Positions 38,051 through 48,914 of a stretch of 64,000 nucleotides of DNA are shown in pieces; position 1 is the first letter of the stretch, and each line of letters begins with the position of its first letter. Location: assembly GCA_048128005.1 (NCBI GenBank), contig JBEUKZ010000010.1:806001-870000 (forward strand), given 5' to 3'. This DNA is from Veleropilina oligotropha. Its lineage: Eukaryota. Position numbers and translations under genes: made by a program. The notes below the pieces were generated by a model that was not told the DNA's origin, did not search any database, and saw only the letters and a program-made list of their open reading frames with translations.

Positions 38051-38964
38051 CCAAATTTATCGAGTTCTTATCGTCGTTGCTAGAACGGGGAATGTCAATT
38101 TCCGCAGTCAAAGGCTACCGTTCATGCGTAGCTACAACGTTACGGCAATGCCGCGAGCACACCCGCTTGTCTACCGACAAAACTATATCGGACTTCATAC
38201 GCTCCTATCAACTCGAACGGCCCATTCAGCGAGTGCGACCGCCCGCTTGGAATGTTTTGTTAGTTCTCAATGCTTTACTTAGAGGCCCGTACGAGCCTAT
38301 GAGTGAGTGTTCCCTCAAAAATCTCACTTATAAGACCGTATTTCTAACCGCCCTCGCCACGGGTAACCGGGCCTCGGAGATACACGCGTTATCCGGAGAG
38401 CTTCGAGACATACACTTCCACACCGATGGGTCGGTGACACTGCGTACTGTCCTTGGCTTCCTAGCGAAGACACAACGACCTGATGATATCAGTCCCGAGG
38501 TTTGTATTCGTAACCTCTCCATGCTGGATAGAAATGATATCGACCGCCTCAACTGCCCGGTCCGCGCGCTGAGGTTCTACCTGGATCGCACCCGAGACTT
38601 ACGGCACGGTAAAAAGAATTTATTCGTTAGCCATATGCCTCAATTCCACCGCGACATTCGCAAATCGACTGTTTCACGTTGGATTGTCTCGGTTGTTAAG
38701 GAGATTTACTCCCGGTCACATGAGCCAGAACGAGATCTCGTTTCAATTCACGCGCACGAGACACGTGGAGTAGCCTCTTCGTTAGCCTTCAAATATAATT
38801 TGAATATCAATGAAATCTTGAAGGCTTGTTATTGGAAGAACGCAAATACCTTTGTTCGCTTTTACCTGCATGATTATGCGACCACGGCTGAGGGTGAACA
38901 TCGGATTTCCTTTGTGGCGGCAGGACAACAATGTATCACGGGATCCGGGTCATCCCGACAGTGA
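36004..38964 (+). CDS. DIRS tyrosine recombinase ORF (YR domain from ~37890; long N-terminal part overlaps pol)
   Basis: Catalytic R (TGNRASE), K (LAKT), HxxR (HETR), W (CYW), Y (FVRFY); CPVRAL motif. Confidence 0.9.
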   Translation: MHASAGGSVSVRVQPVLAGNDRGQLGSLSRECRIQVGIRPASNPRRDTTTRTRSSPDRRKTSGPRPGSAGFTLKESDLSRAAQHTRILQPLFPGPETRRPLATDPRSVVPQPVSSYREVQARNTLEDTNGHPSGRLGSVYRLNRCVPTRSDAYLGSPVPTVCSRGNDLPVQVSTVRSIVSPVRLHASSTGSRGLPTLARAQSTHVPRRLVDSRGVPGSVPPVYERYPVIGEAPGITDQQRQILLRALDDVYISRGRIRHGPVHRETDSETYREPTRSYTRNEVFTDNYSATTGHCPRAHRVGSSPVTDRSHGQTTVAAGLQGPLDTTYGTVDGSHRSTALVQSHDSSVVEHFPAEPVGSNIPPRTERLPLHGRVKRGLGRSLRQSRDIGPLAYGPSGTTHQLPRVRGRLPVSTVPLVTSPKQAHNASNGQHDCRRLHPAPGRHSLPSALRPSDRPAPPSDVTQLVNSSPTHPGEAECQSGYALSENTDYSHRVDATRPCSPRCLSPVVDTSSRFIRNRIQSPTPSLCVSLPGPGRYCSRRSVNEMGESDRLRLPTVVHVGTSTTESDPRRLRVDANSTSTTNAVLVSDTSGSTHRSATSATADGRPVVSTAQSGSTPVGERVSLSRLATIERSLIKKGFSRATAQRIYRSRRQSTTRVYDYRWKKFVDWCRGRQVNIFRPPVTKFIEFLSSLLERGMSISAVKGYRSCVATTLRQCREHTRLSTDKTISDFIRSYQLERPIQRVRPPAWNVLLVLNALLRGPYEPMSECSLKNLTYKTVFLTALATGNRASEIHALSGELRDIHFHTDGSVTLRTVLGFLAKTQRPDDISPEVCIRNLSMLDRNDIDRLNCPVRALRFYLDRTRDLRHGKKNLFVSHMPQFHRDIRKSTVSRWIVSVVKEIYSRSHEPERDLVSIHAHETRGVASSLAFKYNLNINEILKACYWKNANTFVRFYLHDYATTAEGEHRISFVAAGQQCITGSGSSRQ

Positions 38965-39747
38965 TTGGTTTGTGGAATTTCACCAGACACTGAGGTAATA
39001 TAATGTAATTCTATTTGTGTACATTGAAATCACCTTTAGAATTTATTCCAATGTTATTTCTTTCTTAACCTGATTAAGAAATTGAAATTATTATTCATAC
39101 TGAGTTAATATGAAGCAATGCCCACATTGGATGTAGACATTTATATTATTAAATCTTAATAATACTTTTTGGTAAATAATATTATTTTAAAATGTTCTTC
39201 TGCTGTCTCAGAACATTTCAATGTGCGTACATTGAAAAATTTTATTATTATTCTCTACTAAAAATTATTTAAGTAACATGTATCATGTTGACATTTTGCA
39301 AGTTGGACATGCAAAAGTTTATTATTCAAGATGAAGTTATTGAAATTTTCTTCAATCTATTGATAATTGTCACGGTTTTATAACACTATCTACCTGCCTA
39401 GGTTCGGGTGCTTCTAAAAACCACGTCTTGCAGTTTTCTGTCTGCCGACCTTTGAGTCCGGAATATTCAGATCACTGTTTTGCTCATGACACGAGTGCCT
39501 CAAGGTATACCTTCCGCCGGTGTCCGGAGCTACATGCACTTTCGTGTTACCCGTCCGACTAACATCCCTGGCGTGTTTTCCCAGATTTCTTGGTCGAAAT
39601 CTCACCTCGGGGTAAGGGTAGATTTGATGCTCAGTAAAATCCACTCTGAACGGACTCGATCTCAACGCTAAAGCGTCGTCTTCTGGTAACAAGTAAGTTT
39701 TAATTTTGGTGTATGGAACTTATAACTCCGCCAACCAAAGTTATTCT

Positions 39748-39837
39748 TGGCATTAGTAAGGACGTAAGTATATTTGATATAGATATGAGGATTAAGAGTA
39801 ATCCCTTGTATCTATAATAATATACTTACGTCCTTAC
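39748..39837. repeat. DIRS internal complementary region (ICR)
   Basis: First half is complementary to the element's 5' start, second half to the extreme 3' end; together they mimic the circle junction. Confidence 0.92.
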
Positions 39838-40232
39838 CCACTTGGCCCACCCTGCTTCGCACCTCCCCTCTTATATAAGTTCTTTGTCTTGGGGTTTGCA
39901 TAAACTTCGGATGAGGTCTTGACCCTTGGTCAAGAAGATCTCGCGGGAGTTGGCGAGCTCTTACTGGACATGAACTGGAGGAGGTCGAGCAGGTCAGGGG
40001 GTCAGCTGGGTTCAATTTACTAAAAGAAGTGCAAATTACCATTTCCACCTTGTCCGGATTTAGCGATAATAGGCTTATTATGGCATTAGTAAGGACGTAA
40101 GTATATTATTATAGATACAAGGGATTACTCTTAATCCTCATTTTCACAGCTTCAATAACCATGAGCATCTTCAATGAATATACATGCTATGATGTATTTC
40201 CTATTCATCTGTGTGTATGCTTGTGAATAATA

Positions 40233-41744
40233 CACTCAACAAAATTGAAAACTTGACACTTCTTAAATTTGATGTATTTTTTGTTCTAAATCTGCTCGTG
40301 TACATAAATTTGTAAATTATTCTAAGAAAATAAGCCATCTAACACATTGACGAACAAAAAGTGTTTTATAATCAGTGATTTTTCAGACACAGTTGTTTGA
40401 ATTGACACACCCTCAAAATTGAAGTAAACACAAACATGAATTAAAGATTTTAAGAACGTCAAATAGCGATTATGACCACCACGAGCGTCCATTACTGCTA
40501 CACATCGTCTCCTCATGGACTGCAGAACACGTCTGAACACTCTACCCGGAAGTCGGCGCCATTGGTGGATCAGATCCCTGCCAAGTTCCGGAAGTGTCTA
40601 TGGCTGTACCCGCTGCCTTCTCAACCTTCTGCCAAGCTCATCCCAGGTGTGTTCAATGGGGTTGAGATCTGGAGAAAGTGATGGCCATTCCATGACGTCA
40701 ACATTTGCAGCTTGAAGCAGGTTACGTGTCAGCCTGGCAGTGTGCGGCGTAGCGTTGTCATGTTGAAATGTGAGGCCAACACCATGTTGTCTGTAGAAGG
40801 GCAACAAAACTGGATTGAGGACCTGACCCTTGTACTGTGCTGCCGTCAGATTTCCTTGGATGACAATCAAGGGTGTTCTGGAGTTAGCTGTGAATGCTCC
40901 CCAAACCATGACACTGCCACCTGCAAACCTGTCAATCTCCCCGACACACGCTGAGGCATACCGCTCCCTTCTCCTACGCCACACCCTAACACGTCCATCA
41001 GCAAATCTGAGTGTGAAACGAGACTCGTCACTAAAGATGACTCTGGGTGAATCTGAGGTGTTCTCGAGCCCATGCAACCCGCTACGTCCATGGAGTGGAG
41101 TCAATATCGATCCTGTATACGGTCTTCGCGCTCGAAGACCAGCAGCTCTATGACGGTTTCTGATGGTCTGGTGTATCACACGACGTTGAAAGAGTTCATT
41201 ACTGGTTGAAGTTGCCGTCACGAAACGATTCCGAAGATGACGTAACCGGATTTTTTGGTCTTCATTTGGAGTCGTAACACGTCGGGCACCTGGACGTGGG
41301 CGGTCTGCTGTGGTTCCAGTTCCTTGGAGACGTGTTCTCAGATTGCGGATCGTCTGTCGACTGCATCCAAATATTCGCGCAACTTCCGCCACAGACTGTA
41401 CAGCCCCTAACCTGCCGGTGGCGCGCTCCCTGTCCTGACATGAAAGACGCGGCATTGATTAATTTCTCAGTTCAAAAAACTTTCTTTATGTTTTTCGGAA
41501 GAAACACTATCGAAACGACGCAATGACTGTCTATTTCGGAAGAAATGATGTACATTAGCAATTTCAGAGCGGAAATTAACATTTCTTGTAAATCTTGTCC
41601 TGCACGTGCATTTCAATAACAATCTGATCAAGATTCACGATTTTCAAACGGTTACCAATGTTATGTTATTGATTTTCACATGTTTAAAATTTTTCCGATT
41701 TTATTTAAAAAAAACATATGTCAAGTTTTCATTTTGACTAAGTA
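40233..41744 (-). mobile_element. Tc1-family DNA transposon, inactive
   Basis: Imperfect TIRs (cactcaacaaaattgaaaacttgaca / tgtcaagttttcattttgactaagta) flanked by TA. Confidence 0.85.
40464..41455 (-). pseudogene. Tc1 DD34E transposase with premature stop at 40598-40600
   Basis: FSDESRF, FQHDNATPH, SPDLNPIE (34 residues between D and E); the frame continues past the stop to GGHNRY. Confidence 0.9.
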
Positions 41745-44536
41745 TATCTTACAACAGTTTCGATCAGCGAAACCTTTTGCTGACATGTATCGGAGTTTCT
41801 TTACAGTCAACCATCGACTATTGAGAGCGTGTGTGTCTGTCTGGTGCCTACATGGATGGCGTTTGATCAGTGGATGCTCAATATGTTTTGTTTGATTCTG
41901 ATAACCCTGTCTGCTGTATTTGTGTGACGTGCATATCGTTCGTGAGTATTGCATTCCGCCAAAGTTGATATAAGGATACGATAAAAGGTATGTGATAACA
42001 GAATACGGAATCCAAAGCTTTATTGGATAAACATTAGAAGTCATGAAGCATGTGCTCAAGGTTATTGAAGTCATTTATATGGGTTTTGATATCGATAAAT
42101 CGAAGCATTGTGTGTGTGCGCGCATATGGCGATCTTCAAATCGACAGTGTTGGTGACGGATATTTTGTATACTTGCATGAAGCGGGATATATAACGAGAA
42201 CCAATTACGGTTGATTTTTCAAATATTCGTTAGAATATTATGCATGGATGTAGAATTATTTTCGTGATGCGGCTGGCATGTCTATCGTGAAATACGATAG
42301 CTTTGTCTTTATTGGAAATATTATTCGGGGTGGAAGCAAGATAGCCACCGCGATGTTTAGTTATCGCGAAGAAATTTTCCACTAATATTGAAAGCGGCTC
42401 TATATATGGGATAGTGTTTGGTCGAAAATGACATCGAAAAGATCTTTGCGACATTTCATAAGTTTAACACAAATGAGTAACAAATATGTCAGCATCCACG
42501 ACCAATATTTGTGCTGATCGATGCGACAATACGACTAGCCACACTAGGGCGTAGAGAAGCCGCCTTCAAGAGTTCTATAAATCGATACAGCGTCGATTGA
42601 GAAAATGTGTGAGACTGTCATTTTCCTCGCCGTAAAAGCACGCAAGTGCCTCTTTAAAGTTATTGGAATATCAATATAATACGTCGACGTAACGAAATGT
42701 TGTAATTATTGTATATATCCAAGAGTTATTTTCTTGATGTGGCTATGTTCCTATAACTTTGTTGCTGCATGTATGGTGATATTCAAAGATGTGTATGTTT
42801 TTTGTAACTAGTCTGAAAAGTGTTCTTTTATTGCGATACCAAAGGTACTTCCAATTTTTACCTTTTGTTCACCAAAATTTGGCACCAAATTAAATGTGTG
42901 GAATATAAAAGGAGTGGTTTCACACGTCTGATTGAAAATATTGATACCTTTTTCAACAAGCTTTTCAACTATATCAAGTTTTTTATATTGACACTGGCAG
43001 TGTCGAAGGTAACTGTTAATTGTTTCTTCAGGATTCCCCCAGTATCGCAAGAACGCTGCTAGTTTACAGTATTTATATACAATGATGAAAGCGTCGCATA
43101 TAACAAACTGCCCATGAATGACGGCCCTGGCCTGCCTTACTGGTGCTGGTCATACCAGCTGGTGTGTGGCAAATGAAAATTGGGGATTTACTTTACCTCA
43201 ATAGTTTTGAGGCATAAGTTTTTATACGCAGTTGGTATTTATTTTCGTTAAAATGCATGTACGAATGTCGGCTTTTTATGTTTTATTTTTTAGAAATTCA
43301 ATAGGTATAGATTTGCAAGAAATTCTTCCGTTTATTTTTGTATTAAGAAGTCCATTCAATATTTGTTTGACATATCATATGTAGTTTGCATGCATTGATA
43401 TAAACGTTGCATGCCCTTTTAAGTCTTCTTAAATCGATGTGGTGACCATTTGACGAAGCCAATGTAACATATTTTCGCAGGTTGCTCAAAATGTTGAAAC
43501 TGGACTTCCAGGGTTGTTGCCTCCGCCCACGCAATATATGGACTGGTAAATAAACCCCATGAATGCTGCATGAGAATTAATGTCAGTGCTTTTATTTGGG
43601 GTTTAAATAATGGCAGCATTTAAATGATTTTTAATTTGCATGCGAAATAGAAGCCGAATGTTACCAAAGGGAAATAACTCGTACTGCACAGTACGCTTCG
43701 CCAATAAGATTTTACAGAGCCACATTTCGTTCTTGATATGAACGACTGATTGATTGTCTCACTTTCGGAATTATATACAACTAAATTTGGGATATTAAAA
43801 GCTGCTTCGCGCCATATGTTGCCTTGTATGTGCTTATTTGCTTGGTTATCCTAGTTGGACAAGTCGAATGCTCGCATGTTTGTACGCGGTTTTCATGTCA
43901 GTACATATATTTAATGTTCAGGATATGTTCTTTGTCTAAAATCGGTTGGTGCATATTGCTTTTGGAATGTCCGACCGTCGGGGCAACCTAAGCCAGCACT
44001 TAAGCCTACTGCCTCTCTATGTTTGATGCACAGGTGCCCTGGGCGCGACCCTTGGACGAGCTCGGAGATTGGCGGCCTTTATCGACAAATTCACGCGCCT
44101 CTAATGTATCGTGTAATAATGAATATAGGCCTACTCTGCACTTGTGATATTGAAATATGAAATGTATTAATGATTTCGTTTGATTTCTTACAATATATGC
44201 TCGATAATAATTGACGAAGGAAACCGTGTTTTATGTGATGTATGGAATTTTCGAAAATAATACATTGTAAATGTATGCTTTCCGCTGGGTATACCAGCCA
44301 CATTTTAATGGGTTGTATTTTGTATGCATATAGTTATGATGGTGTATAATGCTTTGGCGTTAGGCCTATTATACTTTTCAATGTTAAGAATGTGTAATCT
44401 TTTTCGTCATTTTCATACCATGTTAAAATTCGTGATGTGTTTGCGGATAATAAGGGCATATGTAACCATTACTAATTCAATTTCTGGAAAAAAGTTCTCA
44501 TGCAGTAACTAAAAGTCCCGTCATTTCTGTTTTCAG

Positions 44537-45532
44537 AGCAAGGACTTGAAGAAGATAGGTCCAGTGAAAGCTCATCGAACCCCTTTGTCTGTTCTGTTCG
44601 CTTTAGATACCATAGATCCACCGACGTCTGGGATTGGCACCGTGGTAAAAGCGCAGGCGCCTAAAGTAGCAGATTTAAAGAGTAAAGATGGCGTCATCAT
44701 GAGCGGCGTCAAAAGAGAGCATTTAAAAGTAGCCAAAAAACATCCAGCACCAGATCCGCCACCTACTTACTCTTTGGATAGGCCCGTGACGATGTGGCGC
44801 CCAACCGCAATGAAAAGTGCATCATCTAGTGATGCGAAGTCGCAACCCGTTTCCATGGCAACGAACGAAATTATTCAGGAAGAAATAGCCGAAAATGTAG
44901 ATGACGAAATCAGTGAGGAAGAAATACCCGAAATTGTAGACGAAGAAGTAGATGGACCAGCAGATGTGGAAGCTGAAAGTTTTTCTGTAATTCACAAAAA
45001 CCATGGTGATTTTGTGAGAGAAATCATTGACAAAACCTATGTTGCCGAAACGGGTTTTCAAGATGCTTTAGGAGACATTGAGCATCTTTTGGCCGCATTG
45101 AAAATTAATATAGAGAGCAGACGAGAGTCAAGAATTGATAAAAATGATAGGCAACTCAATATGTGCAAAGAAGCGCTAACGTCGCAAGCGCGACAATTCG
45201 TAACAGACGCCAAACTGTTTATAAGCAGCGCTACACAAACTTCTGACAAGATAATCCCTCATTTAAACCGATGTCTTCATACACTGGCAAAGATATGTCT
45301 TCATTCGCATTCGACAATGCTAATGTTAAGGACTGTGTATCAGGCACAAAATCTGGGATTTGAAGTTTTAAAAGTAGGCAATTCATTCAAAAGCACTGTG
45401 AACGCCTCTCAGTTCGCAATTGGTAAGCCCTTGGGCGATCCACATATGAAGTATCTCATGAGGCAGACCAGAAATCTGGCTACTCTGTTAGGCAATCTCA
45501 TCAAAACGCTGAAAACATTAGAACATACATGA
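44537..45532 (+). CDS. FRMPD4: FRMPD-like gene, terminal coding exon with a C-terminal helical-bundle (FAT/talin-like) domain
   Basis: Acceptor tctgttttcag in phase 0, matching the 21192 donor; ARQFVTDAKLFISSAT...DPHMKYLMRQTRNLATLLGNLIKTL resembles the C-terminus of invertebrate FERM-PDZ proteins as I recall it; PDZ/FERM exons are not in the window. Confidence 0.72.
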   Translation, partial: SKDLKKIGPVKAHRTPLSVLFALDTIDPPTSGIGTVVKAQAPKVADLKSKDGVIMSGVKREHLKVAKKHPAPDPPPTYSLDRPVTMWRPTAMKSASSSDAKSQPVSMATNEIIQEEIAENVDDEISEEEIPEIVDEEVDGPADVEAESFSVIHKNHGDFVREIIDKTYVAETGFQDALGDIEHLLAALKINIESRRESRIDKNDRQLNMCKEALTSQARQFVTDAKLFISSATQTSDKIIPHLNRCLHTLAKICLHSHSTMLMLRTVYQAQNLGFEVLKVGNSFKSTVNASQFAIGKPLGDPHMKYLMRQTRNLATLLGNLIKTLKTLEHT

Positions 45533-48500
45533 ATGTATGAACATTCATTAGAAGGTACAACATTGACATGCTCTGGTGGGACCCTGAAGAGTGTTCGCCT
45601 ACAATGAAACATTAAGTATCGATGAAACCCCTATCGTTGTGAATTTATACCTTTGTGAACATACATTTCTACATCTTTCCTTGTTTATCGGGACTGCATA
45701 TTATTTTAATCGGTCACAAAATAAAAACAATGTTGAAAAACGTCAATCGATGGCTGATCGAGAAAACAAAACTTAGAATCATTGAACTCGCTCTTTTGTT
45801 TCGTTGTTCCGGGCTTTCCACTTTAAAATGGACATGAACCTGACAGCTTGTAACAACGAGCTTCAAATCAGATGAGTGTTTTATTTACTGAAACTCGCTG
45901 ACTGCGGTATTTCAAGGTTTCGAACTTTCTCTCCATTTCAAAATGAACAATGACCTGACGGTTTACCGTAACAAAAACTTGAAATCAGATGAAACGATGT
46001 ATGATAAAATGATTTGAAATTATATTTCGTATTTCTGATGCGGTTTGAGTGAAAAAATTTGTTGTTCCATTTTCAACGAAAATTGATAATGTGTTATACT
46101 TGAATTTTGTTAAGAATTCGCGGATTATGCAACCATGTCAAGCTTCGCCACAAAGTGCTTATATTTTACAGGAAGCAGTATAAACGGTGAGAAACTGCGC
46201 AATTAGTGCTGTGCTATCGCTGCAACATTTCCATACCGTTACTTCATAAATTTGCGTGCGTTTTGTTTTGCTCGACTGTGATATTATTCGTATGTGCTAA
46301 GAACATAAAATGTGCTGAAACAAATAACGATTACATAGTTATCCAGGTTTTGTTATTTCTGTAAGTTATCCAGGTGTTTGTATATTTATGACGGTCGTAT
46401 GTTACTATTTAATTTTGCTTTTGAGACTATTTCGCTCAATTGTTATACGTTTTCTTAAGAACTTGTATATTTCAACTATTTATTAATCGTAAATGATTCA
46501 TATATACCTGACACAATTGTGTTTCAATGACGTCAAACACCATTATTGTGTATTCGGGAACATCGTAATAGTTGTAGATAAATGAAATGTACTGTTACTG
46601 ACTGAAATGAGAGGATAGTTTAAGGGTCATTTATGTCATAAGTATATTCAAGTTCCAATGACGCATTTAATGTTTATTGAAGTGCTGTCTTTTATATATT
46701 GTATGGTTGCAACGAACATATTTAAATCACCAGACGTTATCACATGGCGGCTGTGACCCGGAACACAATATATCGGCAATTGAAGTCGTTTTGTAAATGT
46801 TGTATGTAAATGTAAAATTTTATACGGTTGTTGTATCGTTTAAATTATATTTGTTCTTGCATATACAATTTTAAACATTCCACAGTTGTGATATGTCCTA
46901 ATTGTATTCCGTATTAAATTATTGTAATAATACTTACCTTAATACTGATATTATAGCGTTTAAAGATTAAGTGAATACTGCGGACTTGATGTATACTTTG
47001 AACAATATTTTATCAAATGATATTTCATTCGATTTTTATCAGAAAATTATAAATTTTCAGTTTGGTGACCATCGTCTTTAGCTCTTACCGTGATCACCAT
47101 TGTGCTCCATGTAGTATTCCTGACGAACTTTATTTACGTTATATTAACTGTCGTATGGGCTTAATTATTTGAAAGTTTGTCTTAAGTGGTCATTGAAAAC
47201 GATGGACATATCATGGATAATTTCTCAAAAAGCTATGGCATTTCTTTGATAAGGGTATAAAATTCAATGAAATGGTCGGAAAATCAGTAGATGAATCGTA
47301 TGTTCGAGAGAGGGGGCGGGGGGGGGGGGGTGTTATAACTTCGTTTGAATATTTACTTCACTTCTCTGAATATTCTTCGTAATCACGTTTTCTAAAGATA
47401 TAAAATAAGTATGGAAATCGTAAATTTATCACGAAATAGTCATTATAATGTTATGAAACTTGTTATGAGATTTATGCGGGAACCCAGAATACAATAGCGC
47501 TGCAAGCGTGCATTTATTGAAGTTGCCTGATAGAGTTTGAATATGGATGTGCTTAAACTAATACAACGTTTTTTATTGAAATATTTATTACTTAAATGGT
47601 TATTTACTCGAAGTGTACATATAGATGCCTGCGATATTTGTGATATTCAAATGGCATAGGTCACATATTGATTACGTGTAAATATATAAATATATATATA
47701 CATTTGTTATGGAATATAAAACATATCTTTATTGCAACGAAATCGTATTTATTATGTTTAGATAGCACAACTATTTATAATGTACGCACCAGGCCTTCGA
47801 AGGTATGTAAAATGAGGGTTGCATTGTTACAGGCGATATGTGATGGAACCTTTATGCATGTCGGTTTTCGGACAATAGAGCTTGCTATTTTATTAAACTG
47901 GCACAATATAGCTCCGTATTCAAATCCAATCATTTGCGCGAATAAAAAGAAATAGTCATAATTGCTAACCATCATTCCACCACCATGGCAGTACAATACT
48001 CTATATGTATCAAAGACGATATCGAAAATATGGATGATAACCTTATATTGGCCCAAACATCGGAGTAATATTTCATTATTCATGTATTTAATAGATCAAT
48101 TGTTATGTATAGACGAGTATATGTACGGATACCTGTAACCAACAGCTTTTCGAAGCCAATTGAAAAAGCCGAGAATATGACACTCGAATGCGAATCAAAT
48201 ATTCTTCAAACACGGCACACCTTAGTCCAAAAGTGAGATCTATGTCTTATCTCTCTTTGACATAAAATCAAATGAAATATTTAATTTTATCACATGAAAA
48301 ACGTATTATGAAATGGCAGATCCAGTTTCATATTTTCCATATGAATCACACGTGTAATAACTATGCAAATGAGGGCGAGCATGATGCCATCTAGTCGCAT
48401 CAGGCGCGAAATTGATTAGGTGGCGCATCACCCTAATTAACATATTGAATAATGCATACGCGTTGACTAGTCGTCTGCTGACAAAACAAAGATGTGGAAC

Positions 48501-48536
48501 TATTTATTATTGGCGTCAAGAAATTAGTTTTAAAAC

Positions 48537-48637
48537 GTTTCATATGATAATTATGAAACTCGTTAGCAAATGCATGTAACCCGCCAAGGCTCGGTACATA
48601 AATTGTGCCCGACTCCTTTCATAATTATCATATGAAA
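48537..48637. repeat. Hairpin / MITE end
   Basis: tttcatatgataattatgaaa ... tttcataattatcatatgaaa inverted pair. Confidence 0.7.
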
Positions 48638-48653
48638 TGGACGCTCGTTTGAG

Positions 48654-48914
48654 GGAGGGAGGGAGGAATGCTGCTTAATGTCCTGTATATTTACAACATC
48701 GAGGTTCAAGGCAGGACATGTCCGTGTTCTCGCGGGAGGAATCCCCGGTCGCCCGGGTAAACCCGCCCTCTTCGGCCAGTCACGGACAACTGTGATTCAC
48801 AACTTGAACAAATTTCAATGCCTCGGCCAGGTATTGAACCCACTACTTTTCTCAGCGGAATCAAGCCAGTGAATTTAGAGTGGACACTCTACCCACTGCG
48901 CTGCCGAAGCGGTC
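48654..48914 (-). mobile_element. SINE family A, full length
   Basis: TSD ac(g/a)ctcgtttgag; (gagg)n tail on +; A and B boxes on the minus strand. Confidence 0.88.

Larger units (their letters stand above)
32741..40141 (+). mobile_element. Full-length DIRS1-type tyrosine-recombinase retrotransposon
   Basis: Inverted terminal repeats (32741-32957 / 39902-~40107) with a right-end extension, internal complementary region 39748-39837, gag, RT-RNaseH-MT and YR ORFs; no TSD. Confidence 0.95.

Noticed and set aside
37500..38964. Prophage or bacterial integrase plus Dam methylase (contamination or horizontal transfer)
   Set aside because: Both domains are standard DIRS1 components and sit between ITRs and an ICR within a spliced gene's intron
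40150..42072. Possible older TIR element enclosing the Tc1 (cttcaataacc.tgagca inverted pair)
   Set aside because: Only ~18 bp of inverted match and no clear TSD
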